A stretch of 64,000 bases of DNA. Origin: an uncultured Nitrospiraceae bacterium (lineage in GTDB: Bacteria > Nitrospirota > Thermodesulfovibrionia > Thermodesulfovibrionales > Dissulfurispiraceae). The DNA is taken from contig CAVPIW010000006.1 of NCBI GenBank assembly GCA_963705105.1, positions 512,001 to 576,000 of the forward strand, in the 5' to 3' direction. The notes beneath the pieces were generated by a model. That model was not told the origin of the DNA, ran no database searches, and saw nothing but the letters and a program-made list of their open reading frames with translations. Positions 1 through 9,607 of the stretch are shown in pieces (the stretch's first letter is position 1; every line of letters begins with the position of its first letter). The position numbers were made by a program, and so were the translations under genes.

Positions 1-21
1 AAAAGGCGTCATGGGGGAGCT

Positions 22-519
22 CTATGTGCCCGCCTTCTTCTTCATGAACTCCCGGGCGATGGCGACCTTTCCGGTCCTGACGAATTCCTTGATGCCCATG
101 GGCCTCATGAGTTCGATGAAGGCGGCGATCTTCTTGTCGTCTCCCGTTATCTCGATGGTGTACGTCGTCTGGCTTGAATCGACGATACGCCCCCGGAAGA
201 TCTCCGCTATCCTGAGCACCTCGGCCTTGTTTTCCTTCTTGGGATTGACCTTGATCAGGATCATTTCGCGCTCGACGTGATCGATCTCGGTGAGGTCCAC
301 GACCTTGATGACATCGATCAGCTTGTTGAGCTGCTTGGTGATCTGCTCCACGATCCAGTCGTCGCCGGTCGTGACGATCGTCATGACGGACATCTGGGGA
401 TCGATGGTCTCCCCGACGGAGAGACTCTCGATATTGTAGCCGCGACCGCTGAAGAGACCTGCGACCCTCGACAGGACACCGAATTTGTTCTCCACAAGCA
501 CTGAAATGGTATGTCGCAT
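22..519 (-). CDS. ilvN: Acetolactate synthase small (regulatory) subunit
   Basis: ACT-domain N-terminus [33 protein letters not shown]; lies directly downstream of the large subunit. Confidence 0.96.
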   Translation of the reverse strand: MRHTISVLVENKFGVLSRVAGLFSGRGYNIESLSVGETIDPQMSVMTIVTTGDDWIVEQITKQLNKLIDVIKVVDLTEIDHVEREMILIKVNPKKENKAEVLRIAEIFRGRIVDSSQTTYTIEITGDDKKIAAFIELMRPMGIKEFVRTGKVAIAREFMKKKAGT

Positions 520-531
520 CTCCGACCTCCT

Positions 532-2265
532 CTATTTCACGGCCTTCAGTTTCTTTTCGGCCTTCTTTTCCTTTTCCTCGAACATCATGTTGTCGATGGT
601 CGCGCCTGCCGGGACCATGGGGAAGACCTTCTCCTTCCAGTCGACGACGAAATCGATGAATACGGGCTTCTTGATGCGGAAGGCCTCCTTCAGCACCGGC
701 ACGACCTCGTCGGGTTTCGTCGCCCTCAGGCCGACGGCGCCGTATGCCTCGGCGACCTTCACGAAATCGGGCACCACGTCCAGGTTCGTATGGGAGTAAC
801 GCTCGTTGTAGAAGAGCTCCTGCCACTGCCTCACCATGCCCAGGTAGCGGTTGTTGATGATGGCGACCTTGACGGGGAGCTTATAGATGACCGCCGTGGC
901 AAGCTCCTGGATGTTCATCTGGATGCTCCCGTCACCGGCGATGTCGATGACCAGCTTGTCGGGATGGGCGAGCTGCGCGCCGAGGGCCGCCGGGAACCCG
1001 TAGCCCATGGTGCCGAGTCCTCCCGAAGACAGCCAGGTCCTCGGCTTGTCGTAATGGTAGAACTGGGCCGCCCACATCTGGTTCTGACCCACCTCAGTCG
1101 TGATGATGGCGTTTCCTTTCGTCAGCTCGTGGATCTTCTCGACGACGAACTGCGGCTTGATGACATCGCCGCTCTGCCTGTACGTCAGGGGCCTTTCCTT
1201 TCTCCATTCGGCGACCTGTTTCAGCCAGGCCTTTCTCACCTCGTCCCACTGCTCCTTGATCTCTTCCTTCAGGAATTTGTTCAGGACAAGGAGGACCCGT
1301 TTCACGTCGCCCACCACAGGCACGTCGACGCGCACATTCTTCCTGATCGACGTGGGGTCTATGTCTATGTGGACGATCTTCGCGTTCGGGGCGAAGCCCT
1401 CGATCTTCCCGGTGACGCGGTCGTCGAAGCGCATGCCGATGGCGACGAGAAGGTCTGAATTCTGCACGGCCCTGTTCGCATAGAAGGTGCCGTGCATGCC
1501 GAGCATGCCGAGGGCCAGCTCGTGGCTGCCGGGGAAACTGCCGAGCCCCATCATCGTCATAGTAACGGGGATCTGCGCAATCTCGGCGAGCTCACGCAGC
1601 TCCTCCGAGGCATCAGAGATGATGCAGCCTCCTCCCGCAATGATGACGGGCTTCTTCGCCTTGGCGATCTCGTGGGCCGCACGCTCGATCATCCACTTGT
1701 TCCCTTCGTACGTGGGATTGTAACTCCGGATAGAAATCTTCTCGGGCCAGGTGAAATCCGTCTTCATGGAGGTCACGTCTTTCGGAAGGTCTATCAGCAC
1801 CGGCCCGGGCCTGCCCGTGGAGGCGATATGGAAGGCTTCGCGGATCTGCCTCGCCAGGTCCTTGACGTCCTTGGCGAGGATGTTGTATTTCGTGCAGGGC
1901 CTCGTAATCCCCACGATGTCCGCCTCCTGGAAAGCGTCGTTGCCGATCAGCGCCGTCGGCACCTGGCCGGAGAGCACGACCAGGGGAATCGAGTCCATGG
2001 AGGCCGTCGCTATGCCCGTGACGGTGTTCGTTGCGCCGGGGCCGGATGTGACGAGGGCGACACCCGGTTTGCCTGATGCCCGCGCGTACCCGTCGGCGGC
2101 ATGAATGGCGCCCTGCTCGTGACGCGTCAGGATGAGCTTTATATCCTTGTCATCGTACAGCAGATCAAAAATATTCAGGATGACCCCGCCGGGATACCCG
2201 AAGATATACTTCACGCCCTCTCTCTTAAGGCACTCAACAACGATCTCCGCCCCTGTCATCTTCAT
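532..2265 (-). CDS. ilvB: Acetolactate synthase large subunit (biosynthetic)
   Basis: [20 protein letters not shown] and TPP-binding GDGSIQMN motifs; GMVRQWQ. Confidence 0.96.
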   Translation of the reverse strand: MKMTGAEIVVECLKREGVKYIFGYPGGVILNIFDLLYDDKDIKLILTRHEQGAIHAADGYARASGKPGVALVTSGPGATNTVTGIATASMDSIPLVVLSGQVPTALIGNDAFQEADIVGITRPCTKYNILAKDVKDLARQIREAFHIASTGRPGPVLIDLPKDVTSMKTDFTWPEKISIRSYNPTYEGNKWMIERAAHEIAKAKKPVIIAGGGCIISDASEELRELAEIAQIPVTMTMMGLGSFPGSHELALGMLGMHGTFYANRAVQNSDLLVAIGMRFDDRVTGKIEGFAPNAKIVHIDIDPTSIRKNVRVDVPVVGDVKRVLLVLNKFLKEEIKEQWDEVRKAWLKQVAEWRKERPLTYRQSGDVIKPQFVVEKIHELTKGNAIITTEVGQNQMWAAQFYHYDKPRTWLSSGGLGTMGYGFPAALGAQLAHPDKLVIDIAGDGSIQMNIQELATAVIYKLPVKVAIINNRYLGMVRQWQELFYNERYSHTNLDVVPDFVKVAEAYGAVGLRATKPDEVVPVLKEAFRIKKPVFIDFVVDWKEKVFPMVPAGATIDNMMFEEKEKKAEKKLKAVK

Positions 2266-2401
2266 AATGTCAACACCTCGCTTGTGAACTGATTTCTTTT
2301 TTGAACCTATAAGTTATCATATTTTCAATTGTCTTTTCCAGAAAAACGGGGACAGGGGGAGGACAGGAAGAGGGCCGGAGGCGTACAAAGCATCCATATG
2401 T

Positions 2402-2596
2402 CTATTGCTCTTCTTTCCTGACAAGCCTGTATGTTTCCTCATAGATCCGCTCACGCGGACCGATCGCCACAATGTCAATCGCTCTCGACGAAACGCGGCA
2501 GATGATCCGGAAACGGCTCACACTGAAGCTCCTTAGTCCGGCGAGTTCATCCTTCAGGGCCTTGCCCGACGCCGGCTCAGGAAGGAAGGACGGCGC
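2402..2596 (-). pseudogene. C-terminal fragment of a RelE/ParE-family toxin, no start codon
   Basis: Manual translation gives ...SGKALKDELAGLRSFSVSRFRIICRVSSRAIDIVAIGPRERIYEETYRLVRKEEQ*; the frame begins right after the DUF190 stop codon. Confidence 0.7.
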
Positions 2597-2935
2597 TCAG
2601 GGCTCCCTTTTTTCGAGACCCTTGAGCACGACGGCGTCGCTGACCTCCACGAGCCCCTTTTGGACGATCCTCAGGAGTTCAGGCAGAACGGAGGCGATCA
2701 TTTCTTCGGTGTCGATGACGACGATCATGAGGGGCAGGGATGAGGAGAGGTCGACGATCTTCGCAGTGTGAAAGACCCTGTCTCCCCCGTAGCCGGCTAC
2801 TCCCCTGAAAACGCTCACGCCGGCGACCCGCTTTTCATAGAGGAGATCGGTCAGGACCCTGTAGACCGGCCTGCCTTGCCAGGAATCGCCCTCATCGACA
2901 AGAACGGTGAGCCTCTTCGCCGCTTTTCCTTCCAT
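2597..2935 (-). CDS. DUF190 family protein (PII-like, usually crcB-linked)
   Basis: GVSVFRGVAGYG...IVDLSSSLP motif; downstream of crcB. Confidence 0.85.
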   Translation of the reverse strand: MEGKAAKRLTVLVDEGDSWQGRPVYRVLTDLLYEKRVAGVSVFRGVAGYGGDRVFHTAKIVDLSSSLPLMIVVIDTEEMIASVLPELLRIVQKGLVEVSDAVVLKGLEKREP

Positions 2936-2946
2936 TGTGAACTCCT

Positions 2947-3321
2947 TTATAATGACCTCGCGATGGCCTCACCCATTTTTAAGGCGGCGAAACCGACGAT
3001 TACGCTCGACAGGACGTACAACAGGGCGGTCATCCAGTCACCGTCGGCGATCAGGCCCCCTGTCTCGTACTCGAAGGCTGAAAAGGTCGTATAGGCGCCG
3101 AGAAAGCCGACGACGAGGAAGAGCCTCCAGAGCGGATTCACCATGAGCTTCTCCATCAGCAGGGGCATGAGAAGGCCGATGAGCAGGCTCCCGGTGATAT
3201 TGACGATGAATGTGCCGAGGGGAAAATTCTTCCCCCACCTCTGGCCGACATAATAGCCGACGGAATACCGGGCGATGGCGCCCAGAAATCCCCCGAGACC
3301 GATGATGATGAATTTGGTCAC
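2947..3321 (-). CDS. crcB: Fluoride efflux channel CrcB/Fluc
   Basis: GGFLGAIARY, FPLGTFIVNITGS, GFLGAYTTFSAF motifs. Confidence 0.95.
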   Translation of the reverse strand: MTKFIIIGLGGFLGAIARYSVGYYVGQRWGKNFPLGTFIVNITGSLLIGLLMPLLMEKLMVNPLWRLFLVVGFLGAYTTFSAFEYETGGLIADGDWMTALLYVLSSVIVGFAALKMGEAIARSL

Positions 3322-3338
3322 AATGATAGTATAAATGA

Positions 3339-3366
3339 TTCTCCCATCCCGGGCGGGATGGGAGAA
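3339..3366. terminator. Perfect 12-bp hairpin between the usp gene and crcB (terminator or regulatory hairpin)
   Basis: TTCTCCCATCCC-GGGC-GGGATGGGAGAA. Confidence 0.5.
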
Positions 3367-3395
3367 CTCCGTCGAACGGACTACCGGGACGACCT

Positions 3396-3821
3396 TTACT
3401 TGACGATTGTTACCGTGCAGGGAGCCTTCGCCGCAACCTTTGTGGAGACCGAGCCGATCATGTATTCGTCGATGCCCGACTTGCCCCTCTGTCCCAGAAT
3501 GATCATGTCGATCGCGTTTTTCATCGCAAAGCTGATCAACTGGTCAGCCACATAGCCTTCGCCGATCGCCGTCCTGATCCCGATGCCCTGTGCTTTTGCC
3601 TTCTCCGCGAGATCCTTGAAGAGTCCCTCGAACCGCTGCTTCTCGGAGTTTACGATGGCGCCGATATCGATGTCGACAAGCTCCGACGGGGCATACGCAA
3701 CCGCCATGACGGTGATGTCGAGCGCTGCCCCGGAAGTCATCTTCGCCAGGTCGAGGGCGAAATCGAACGCCCTGCCGGCATTGTCCGATCCATCATAGGC
3801 CACACAGATCTTCTTGAACAT
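3396..3821 (-). CDS. Universal stress protein (UspA family)
   Basis: FKKICVAYDGS and DMIILGQRG...GSVSTKV...APCTV motifs. Confidence 0.92.
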   Translation of the reverse strand: MFKKICVAYDGSDNAGRAFDFALDLAKMTSGAALDITVMAVAYAPSELVDIDIGAIVNSEKQRFEGLFKDLAEKAKAQGIGIRTAIGEGYVADQLISFAMKNAIDMIILGQRGKSGIDEYMIGSVSTKVAAKAPCTVTIVK

Positions 3822-3999
3822 ATTGTCCTCCTCCTGCTTTCCCTGTGTTGGTTACTCCGTCGCCCTCAGAAGAGTCCTGAGGGCACCGCTCAACATCCTT
3901 TTTGTACGATCCACGTCCTATGAATGCAAAGAAATTCAGGAACCGTCCCGTGTAACCGCAAGGAAACCGAAGAATCAAGAAAATCGTCCCTTTTTTAAC

Positions 4000-4380
4000 C
4001 TAAACATACCAAAGAAATGGCTGTCTGTCAACATAAAACTGTCTTGCTCGGCCGGGCGTTGATTGACTCGCCCTCGAGCTGTCCGCCTGCCGGGTTGTCT
4101 GAACTTCAGACTGGCCGAGCCAGTAACACGCTAATGGGGCCGGAATCTTGAGAAGCTTTGTATGCGCTGGAGAATCATCCATAGAGATTACAGAGAAATC
4201 GCTTAAGTCCCGGGTAATCACATATCCCCGGGAGACCTTTTTCTGAACGCAAAACGTCGCCATACCCTTGAGCTCACCCAATCCTGTCTTCTGACTCCGG
4301 TACTTGACCTCAAAGGGCACGAGCCTGCCCTGCATATCCGCAACGATATCGACCTCTTCATGCTTGCCGCTGCGCTCAAG
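4000..4380 (-). pseudogene. 3' fragment of an ATP-binding protein (DUF4143 / restriction-endonuclease-like C-terminal domain), truncated at the CRISPR array
   Basis: GKHEEVDIVADMQGRLVPFEVKY (EVD...EVK motif); the upstream part of the listed ORF is CRISPR repeat sequence. Confidence 0.65.
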
Positions 4381-5751
4381 GTCGCAATCCCTTCTAATTG
4401 AGGTCTTTTTTCCTACGAGTTCAGGGAGGTGGGAACAATGGGGAGTGGGTCGCAATCCCTTCTAATTGAGGTCTTTTTTCCTACTTCGGCTAAAGGGTGA
4501 ATTCAAGACGGCGTCAGTGTCGCAATCCCTTCTAATTGAGGTCTTTTTTCCTACGCGAGGATCGCCCTCGGACTGCCGGTCTAGCACGTAACGTCGCAAT
4601 CCCTTCTAATTGAGGTCTTTTTTCCTACGTATCGTCCGCGACAACTGAAGCTCGATATTTTAGTCGCAATCCCTTCTAATTGAGGTCTTTTTTCCTACGA
4701 TTAAACTCGCCATATCAACCCTCGATGATCGTCGCAATCCCTTCTAATTGAGGTCTTTTTTCCTACTTGGCAACTGGGGATAAATTGCCCGTTGCAAAAT
4801 GTGTCGCAATCCCTTCTAATTGAGGTCTTTTTTCCTACGGCTTTCCACGATAGTAACAGCCCTGGCAATTATGTCGCAATCCCTTCTAATTGAGGTCTTT
4901 TTTCCTACGATAAGAGGAGGGAGAAATGACAAAAATAGTTATGTCGCAATCCCTTCTAATTGAGGTCTTTTTTCCTACCGATATCTTAGCTGATAACCGG
5001 CAAAGGGGGAAGTCGCAATCCCTTCTAATTGAGGTCTTTTTTCCTACAAGTATGACACTGCGGACGCTATGATATCGGGTCGCAATCCCTTCTAATTGAG
5101 GTCTTTTTTCCTACGTTGATTTTGAATCATACCGAGCAAAATATCCCTCGTCGCAATCCCTTCTAATTGAGGTCTTTTTTCCTACTTCACCTGATTATGT
5201 CTGTCGGTGCAATGATCCTGTCGCAATCCCTTCTAATTGAGGTCTTTTTTCCTACCCGAATATGCAAAGTATCTCAAATGGCACCTATGCTCGTCGCAAT
5301 CCCTTCTAATTGAGGTCTTTTTTCCTACAATTACTTCAGCATGACCTTAGATGTGTACGACGAGTCGCAATCCCTTCTAATTGAGGTCTTTTTTCCTACC
5401 ACAGGGATTAACGGAGAGCCGGTTCCGGCTGAAGTAGTCGCAATCCCTTCTAATTGAGGTCTTTTTTCCTACAGGGAATTATCCCATGGTTGCAGTACGC
5501 GGCGCTGTCGCAATCCCTTCTAATTGAGGTCTTTTTTCCTACCCCAAAGTGTTTCCATTTGGAAACACATTCCCAGTCGCAATCCCTTCTAATTGAGGTC
5601 TTTTTTCCTACGGTCATACCGTCGAATATACTTCACACAGGGAGTCGCAATCCCTTCTAATTGAGGTCTTTTTTCCTACCGCTCTCCCCTACAGAGAAGC
5701 TGTTCGCAGAGTTGGGTCGCAATCCCTTCTAATTGAGGTCTTTTTTCCTAC
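4381..5751 (-). CRISPR. CRISPR array 1: 20 identical 36-bp repeats and 19 spacers of 31-38 bp. Repeat on the transcribed strand: GTAGGAAAAAAGACCTCAATTAGAAGGGATTGCGAC
   Basis: Repeats counted directly. Orientation inferred from the type III-like 3' end ATTGCGAC and a conserved leader on the right-hand side. Confidence 0.98.
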
Positions 5752-5860
5752 CGTCCCCCCCTATTTTTCGGAGGAGAATCAATAGGTTGTAGCGGGTCTT
5801 TTGCAGACTTCGCCGCTCTCGGCGACTTACTGAAGAAACGTTTCAGAAACATTTCAGCGT
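5752..5860 (-). promoter_or_regulatory. Leader of array 1, including the tandem palindrome at 5835-5855
   Basis: Gapless similarity to the array 2 leader (CGTCCCCCC, TGCAGACTT, ACTTACTGAA, GAAACGTTTC-A-GAAACATTTC). Confidence 0.85.
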
Positions 5861-5940
5861 TATCAAAGAACAACACGACATCTGAACCGGCGCCGGCAAG
5901 AAATCCAGCGCAACAGACGTATGATTGAAAGTATATCACA

Positions 5941-6882
5941 TCATTCCTCAACCACCGAGTATCTCCCCAACCCGAAACTGGTGCCCTTTCCGACATGCAG
6001 CACCTCGCCGGCCTTCAAAAAGGGCAAGAATGGTCCCAGGTTCCCGGAGTACCGGATTTCTCCCACGAGGCCGCCCATTTTCATGCGCACGCCCTGGCGG
6101 GTCGAATATCTCTCCCAGTCATGCCACCGGAGAGCATTGTCGGCAGTCTCAACCTTCTCGGCTTCTCTGATTATACGTTTATGATCCCATGAGGGGGGCC
6201 TTCTGTCGCCGTGGAAATAGGACAACAGGCAGATCCTCCTCAGCAGGCTTCTCATGAGGATATGAAACCGGCAATCCACGACAAGGTCTCTCTGGTGCGC
6301 GATCCTCACCGGAGTGAGGAACCTGAGCGTCACCGAACGGTCTCCCGTCGCCGAAAAATCCTGCTCGTCGGGAAGAAAGAGTTCCTCGTGATCTGTCGCC
6401 ATGATGACCTGATCCAGCGAGGTATAAACAGTTTTGTCGTTCTGACGGACTTCGACAAGAGAGAATCGTCCCCTGCCCCTACCGATACCGCTCTTGCCGA
6501 GCTCATGAAAGGTATAGACGAAATAGGGGACATGGTCTTTCGCCCTCCCGATAAGGGTCAGCCCGAATGCGAGGGTATCACCGGGCCGGCAGACGCGGCC
6601 GGTCTCCATCGGCGGCTCTATGATAAAGGGGTGCGGGACCGCTTCGTATTTCCTCATGTTCATGATTGCCGCGTCCGCGCCGGGCGATGTCTCGAAGATA
6701 TAGGCGTAGATGCAGCTTGTCCGCAGGAGGCATTCCCTGCACTCTTTCTGCCTCAGGGCACAGACGACCCGCTTGAAGGCGACGCCGAAGCCGCCCCTGA
6801 GCGTCGAGCCCTTGTAATCCGGCAGAACGATCGTATCGACGGCTTCAATGACAAAGGTGAGTTTCCGGTATTCGATCTTCAT
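5941..6882 (-). CDS. cas6: CRISPR pre-crRNA processing endoribonuclease Cas6
   Basis: GSTLRGGFG, Cys cluster CALRQKECRECLLRTSC, C-terminal G-rich loop HVGKGTSFGLG; start at MKIEY overlaps the cas2 stop (ATGA). Confidence 0.93.
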   Translation of the reverse strand: MKIEYRKLTFVIEAVDTIVLPDYKGSTLRGGFGVAFKRVVCALRQKECRECLLRTSCIYAYIFETSPGADAAIMNMRKYEAVPHPFIIEPPMETGRVCRPGDTLAFGLTLIGRAKDHVPYFVYTFHELGKSGIGRGRGRFSLVEVRQNDKTVYTSLDQVIMATDHEELFLPDEQDFSATGDRSVTLRFLTPVRIAHQRDLVVDCRFHILMRSLLRRICLLSYFHGDRRPPSWDHKRIIREAEKVETADNALRWHDWERYSTRQGVRMKMGGLVGEIRYSGNLGPFLPFLKAGEVLHVGKGTSFGLGRYSVVEE

Positions 6883-7157
6883 GACAAAAACACGTTCACT
6901 CCTTCCGGTATTCTGTCGCCGCATCCGATGACGACGACCTTCAGCTCCGACGGCAGAGGGTAAATCCTCACGTCATCCTCCCTCTTTTCGATCAATCTGT
7001 GCAGGCGGTCCTTCAATTGTAGCAGTTCCTGCCATGTCAACCGGCAATAGAAGACGGAATACTGTATGTGCAGGCCCTGGCGTTTCAGACACCTGAAGAC
7101 CCGCGCGAGACGTCTCTCGTCGCTGATATCGTAACAGATCAGGTAATTCGCTTTCAT
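6879..7157 (-). CDS. cas2: Cas2 (copy 2)
   Basis: YLICYDISDERRL...QYSVF...DDVRIY. Confidence 0.95.
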   Translation of the reverse strand: MKANYLICYDISDERRLARVFRCLKRQGLHIQYSVFYCRLTWQELLQLKDRLHRLIEKREDDVRIYPLPSELKVVVIGCGDRIPEGVNVFLS

Positions 7158-7975
7158 AGACGCAGCTCCCGCGCAAGTTCGAAAAAGCCGTCCACGACCG
7201 TCTCGGTCCTCTCCCGCACAGCCTTGGCCCTGTTTTCAAAGCGATGGATAATGTCGCGCAGCCCCGTCTTTGTCACAATCCACCCCCCTCTTTCCCTGCT
7301 CATGCGCGCCTGCGTCCCGTCGGCCCGCAGGAACTGCTGGGTCTGCGTGTCGATCTCCGCGTCCAGGGCGTGGCAAAGGTCGAGGGCAAAGCCGAAGTGG
7401 TCTCTCCTGTGGACGATGCCCAGATGGGGATCGAGACCGGCCTTCAGGATGACGCCGATGACCAGCTCCCGGAAGAGGTTCGCGACAACATCCCTCGCCG
7501 CAGTCCATGTCTCATCGCCGGCGGGGGCGAACCTCCCAAGGATTTTCCTGTAGTCTTTCTCCCGGAATCCTTCCCTTTCCCAGGACTCCACGACATTTCC
7601 GGCAATCCTCTTCAGGCAATCAAGCTGTGTCATCTGTCTGTGCGCCGACAGGAATGTCCTATACCGCCCGACGGCGGCTTCCGAAGAGAGAAAGGCCCTC
7701 TGTTTGTCATGATGGCGGGGAAACCGGTCCGCACAGGGCAATGACACGGCGGACGCCTCGCCCCGTCTGTTCATGAACGTCACGGGGATGCCCCGTGCTG
7801 CAAACAGGGTGATGACTCCCGCGTCCATGCGCACATTGCCGATGACGACGACCCTGCCGATGAGGCGGGCGGGGACCCTTGTCCCTGCTTTGCCTTCCTG
7901 GGTCACCCACAGGGACGGCCCGTCCCTTGTGACCACCAAACCCCTGTTTTCGGTGAGATAGAGTGTTCTGTCCAT
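7154..7975 (-). CDS. cas1: Short, divergent Cas1 paralog
   Basis: Cas1-like N-terminal beta domain (RVVVIGNV...GIPVTFMNRRG) and GLDPHLGIVH...ALDL. It lacks a recognisable EGxxxxxYF segment and the NALLSLxY helix. Start set at MDRTLYL with an AGAGG RBS. Confidence 0.75.
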   Translation of the reverse strand: MDRTLYLTENRGLVVTRDGPSLWVTQEGKAGTRVPARLIGRVVVIGNVRMDAGVITLFAARGIPVTFMNRRGEASAVSLPCADRFPRHHDKQRAFLSSEAAVGRYRTFLSAHRQMTQLDCLKRIAGNVVESWEREGFREKDYRKILGRFAPAGDETWTAARDVVANLFRELVIGVILKAGLDPHLGIVHRRDHFGFALDLCHALDAEIDTQTQQFLRADGTQARMSRERGGWIVTKTGLRDIIHRFENRAKAVRERTETVVDGFFELARELRL

Positions 7976-7989
7976 GGCAACCTCTGTTG

Positions 7990-8050
7990 ATTCAATGTTC
8001 AACGTTCAATGTTCAAACTGGCTTTTGAACGTTGACTCTTGAAGTTGAAT
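7990..8050. repeat. Heptamer tandem repeat (TTCAAyG-like x4) followed by an imperfect inverted copy
   Basis: TTCAATG TTCAACG TTCAATG TTCAAAC ... TTTGAAC GTTGACT CTTGAAG TTGAAT. Confidence 0.7.
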
Positions 8051-8066
8051 TCTTTTCAAAGCCTGG

Positions 8067-9008
8067 TCATTGTCCCATGATCCGCCGGGCCAGGTCCCGT
8101 GCCGTTTCTGCAAAGCGGGGCCTCATCTCCTGTGCCCATTCCTCGTAGACGGGGTAAAATCTCTTCCTGCTCTCCTTTTTCAGGTAGCAGCCGGGCCTCT
8201 CGTTGTCTGAGGAGAAATCCCTGTCCGTGAATTGCCGCTCCCTGAAGACGGTCCAGACAAGCCGGTCCACACTGGGCCTGCAGTCCTCGACGAGATCGCA
8301 GGCGAGAGATTCCCTGCCGTAGTCGAACTGATGGTAAAAGCCGATCGTCGGGTCCAGGCCGATCACCTCGATCTCCCGCACCATCTCGAAGTGCAGGAGC
8401 GTATAACAGAGCGACAGGAGAGCGTTGACAGGGTCTCCCGGCGGCCTCCGGTTGCGACGCTTAAAATTCAGCGAGTCCGGAAAGAGCCGCACATAGACGG
8501 AAAAGTATGCCGACGACGCGCCCCCTTCGAGGCCCCTGACGCTGTCGATCGGGAGTGCCGGGTCAATGAGTTTGCCCATTGTTTTCTCCATGACGTCCAG
8601 GACCGGCCGCAGATAGACACCCAGCTCCGGTTTCGCATCGAGGGCTTCCCGCAGCAGATCCGACTGCGCCGAGAGCTTCGAGGTGACGATGCGGGCGGAA
8701 AAGTCACGGGGAAAGGGGCCGAGCGATTTTTCGTACTGCTTCAGCCTGAGGAGCCCGTTCTGATGGAGCCTGCCGTGCAGCATGCCGCAGAACCGTGTCC
8801 GTCTTCCCGAGAGGAATATCACCGATATGTCGGACTCCGCCAGCTTGCGCAGGACGGCCGCCTCGAGCGTGACATTGCCGACGACGATGACGCGCTTCAG
8901 CGGGTTGATCGGCACGATGCCCTCCTTGTTCCCGTTCAAGAAGAAGCCCAGGGCGTTGCCGTCGAGCTTGACGAGCATCTCCTTTCTGTCCAGATAGAGC
9001 GTTCCCAT
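8067..9008 (-). CDS. cas1: Cas1 integrase
   Basis: RGLEGGASSAYF, RRPPGDPVNALLSLCY, GLDPTIGFYH, SLACDLVE: catalytic E/H/D present; GGAGGT RBS before MGTLYL. Confidence 0.96.
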   Translation of the reverse strand: MGTLYLDRKEMLVKLDGNALGFFLNGNKEGIVPINPLKRVIVVGNVTLEAAVLRKLAESDISVIFLSGRRTRFCGMLHGRLHQNGLLRLKQYEKSLGPFPRDFSARIVTSKLSAQSDLLREALDAKPELGVYLRPVLDVMEKTMGKLIDPALPIDSVRGLEGGASSAYFSVYVRLFPDSLNFKRRNRRPPGDPVNALLSLCYTLLHFEMVREIEVIGLDPTIGFYHQFDYGRESLACDLVEDCRPSVDRLVWTVFRERQFTDRDFSSDNERPGCYLKKESRKRFYPVYEEWAQEMRPRFAETARDLARRIMGQ

Positions 9009-9055
9009 CTCCGTCACCTCCAGTCAGTGGCGTTCAAAATATTCCAAATCAAGGC

Positions 9056-9337
9056 CTATCCCACATAGAAATAGGCAGGGTCCTTCGGCTGGGCGGCGAT
9101 GCCGAGAACATGCGTCCTGCTCCTGCCGTCGAGGCTGAAGATGTGCACCCTGTCCTCATCGTGGACGATCAGCCTGCCGAGTTTGCTCGAAACGAACTTC
9201 AGCTCGCCGTCCGTCAGGAAGCACTCGTAGACGGACTTCTGCCCGCCCGTGCTGTACCCCTTGAGAAAGCGGCGCACGGCATTCAGCCTGTAAGGCTCCC
9301 TGATGTCATAGGCGATGAGATACAGCGATCGTTCCAT
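9056..9337 (-). CDS. cas2: Cas2 (copy 1)
   Basis: YLIAYDIREPYRL...GQKSVYEC...EDRV. Confidence 0.94.
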   Translation of the reverse strand: MERSLYLIAYDIREPYRLNAVRRFLKGYSTGGQKSVYECFLTDGELKFVSSKLGRLIVHDEDRVHIFSLDGRSRTHVLGIAAQPKDPAYFYVG

Positions 9338-9405
9338 GCAGACCCCCGGTCGATTCGACGTTCAGAGCGCAGGATTCAGCGCTGTGAACCGTCGTTCATA
9401 CCTTC

Positions 9406-9461
9406 AGTCTACCGGAGCAGGCGGGATAAGACACGAAAAGAAACGTTTCAGAAATGTTTCA
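9406..9461 (-). promoter_or_regulatory. Putative promoter of the adaptation operon: -10 TAGACT (9411-9406) plus tandem-palindrome operator (9440-9460)
   Basis: GAAACGTTTC-A-GAAATGTTTC; same motif-to--10 spacing as at 24043-24098. Confidence 0.65.
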
Positions 9462-9607
9462 AGGAAAGGGTGTAGCCGGGGGGAAGCTTTTCGGAATCGT
9501 GCCCTCCTTTTCCGGAGGGCCGATGCAACGATAGGGGCGAGTCACCAGAATCGATGGCGACCGGTAAAAGCAATTTGCAAGTCTGACCCCGGGGATGGGC
9601 CGTCTTT

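Noticed and set aside
3322..3395. Possible fluoride riboswitch upstream of crcB
   Set aside because: Only a partial GACGGAGTTC resemblance; the downstream conserved GATGAC/CT elements were not found
5454..5660. Small ORFs inside the CRISPR arrays
   Set aside because: Translations of repeat-spacer units
9009..9055. Reverse transcriptase linked to the type III adaptation module
   Set aside because: No RT motifs (YADD) anywhere in the cas locus; the only RT-related sequences are the deleted intron remnants at 43-47 kb
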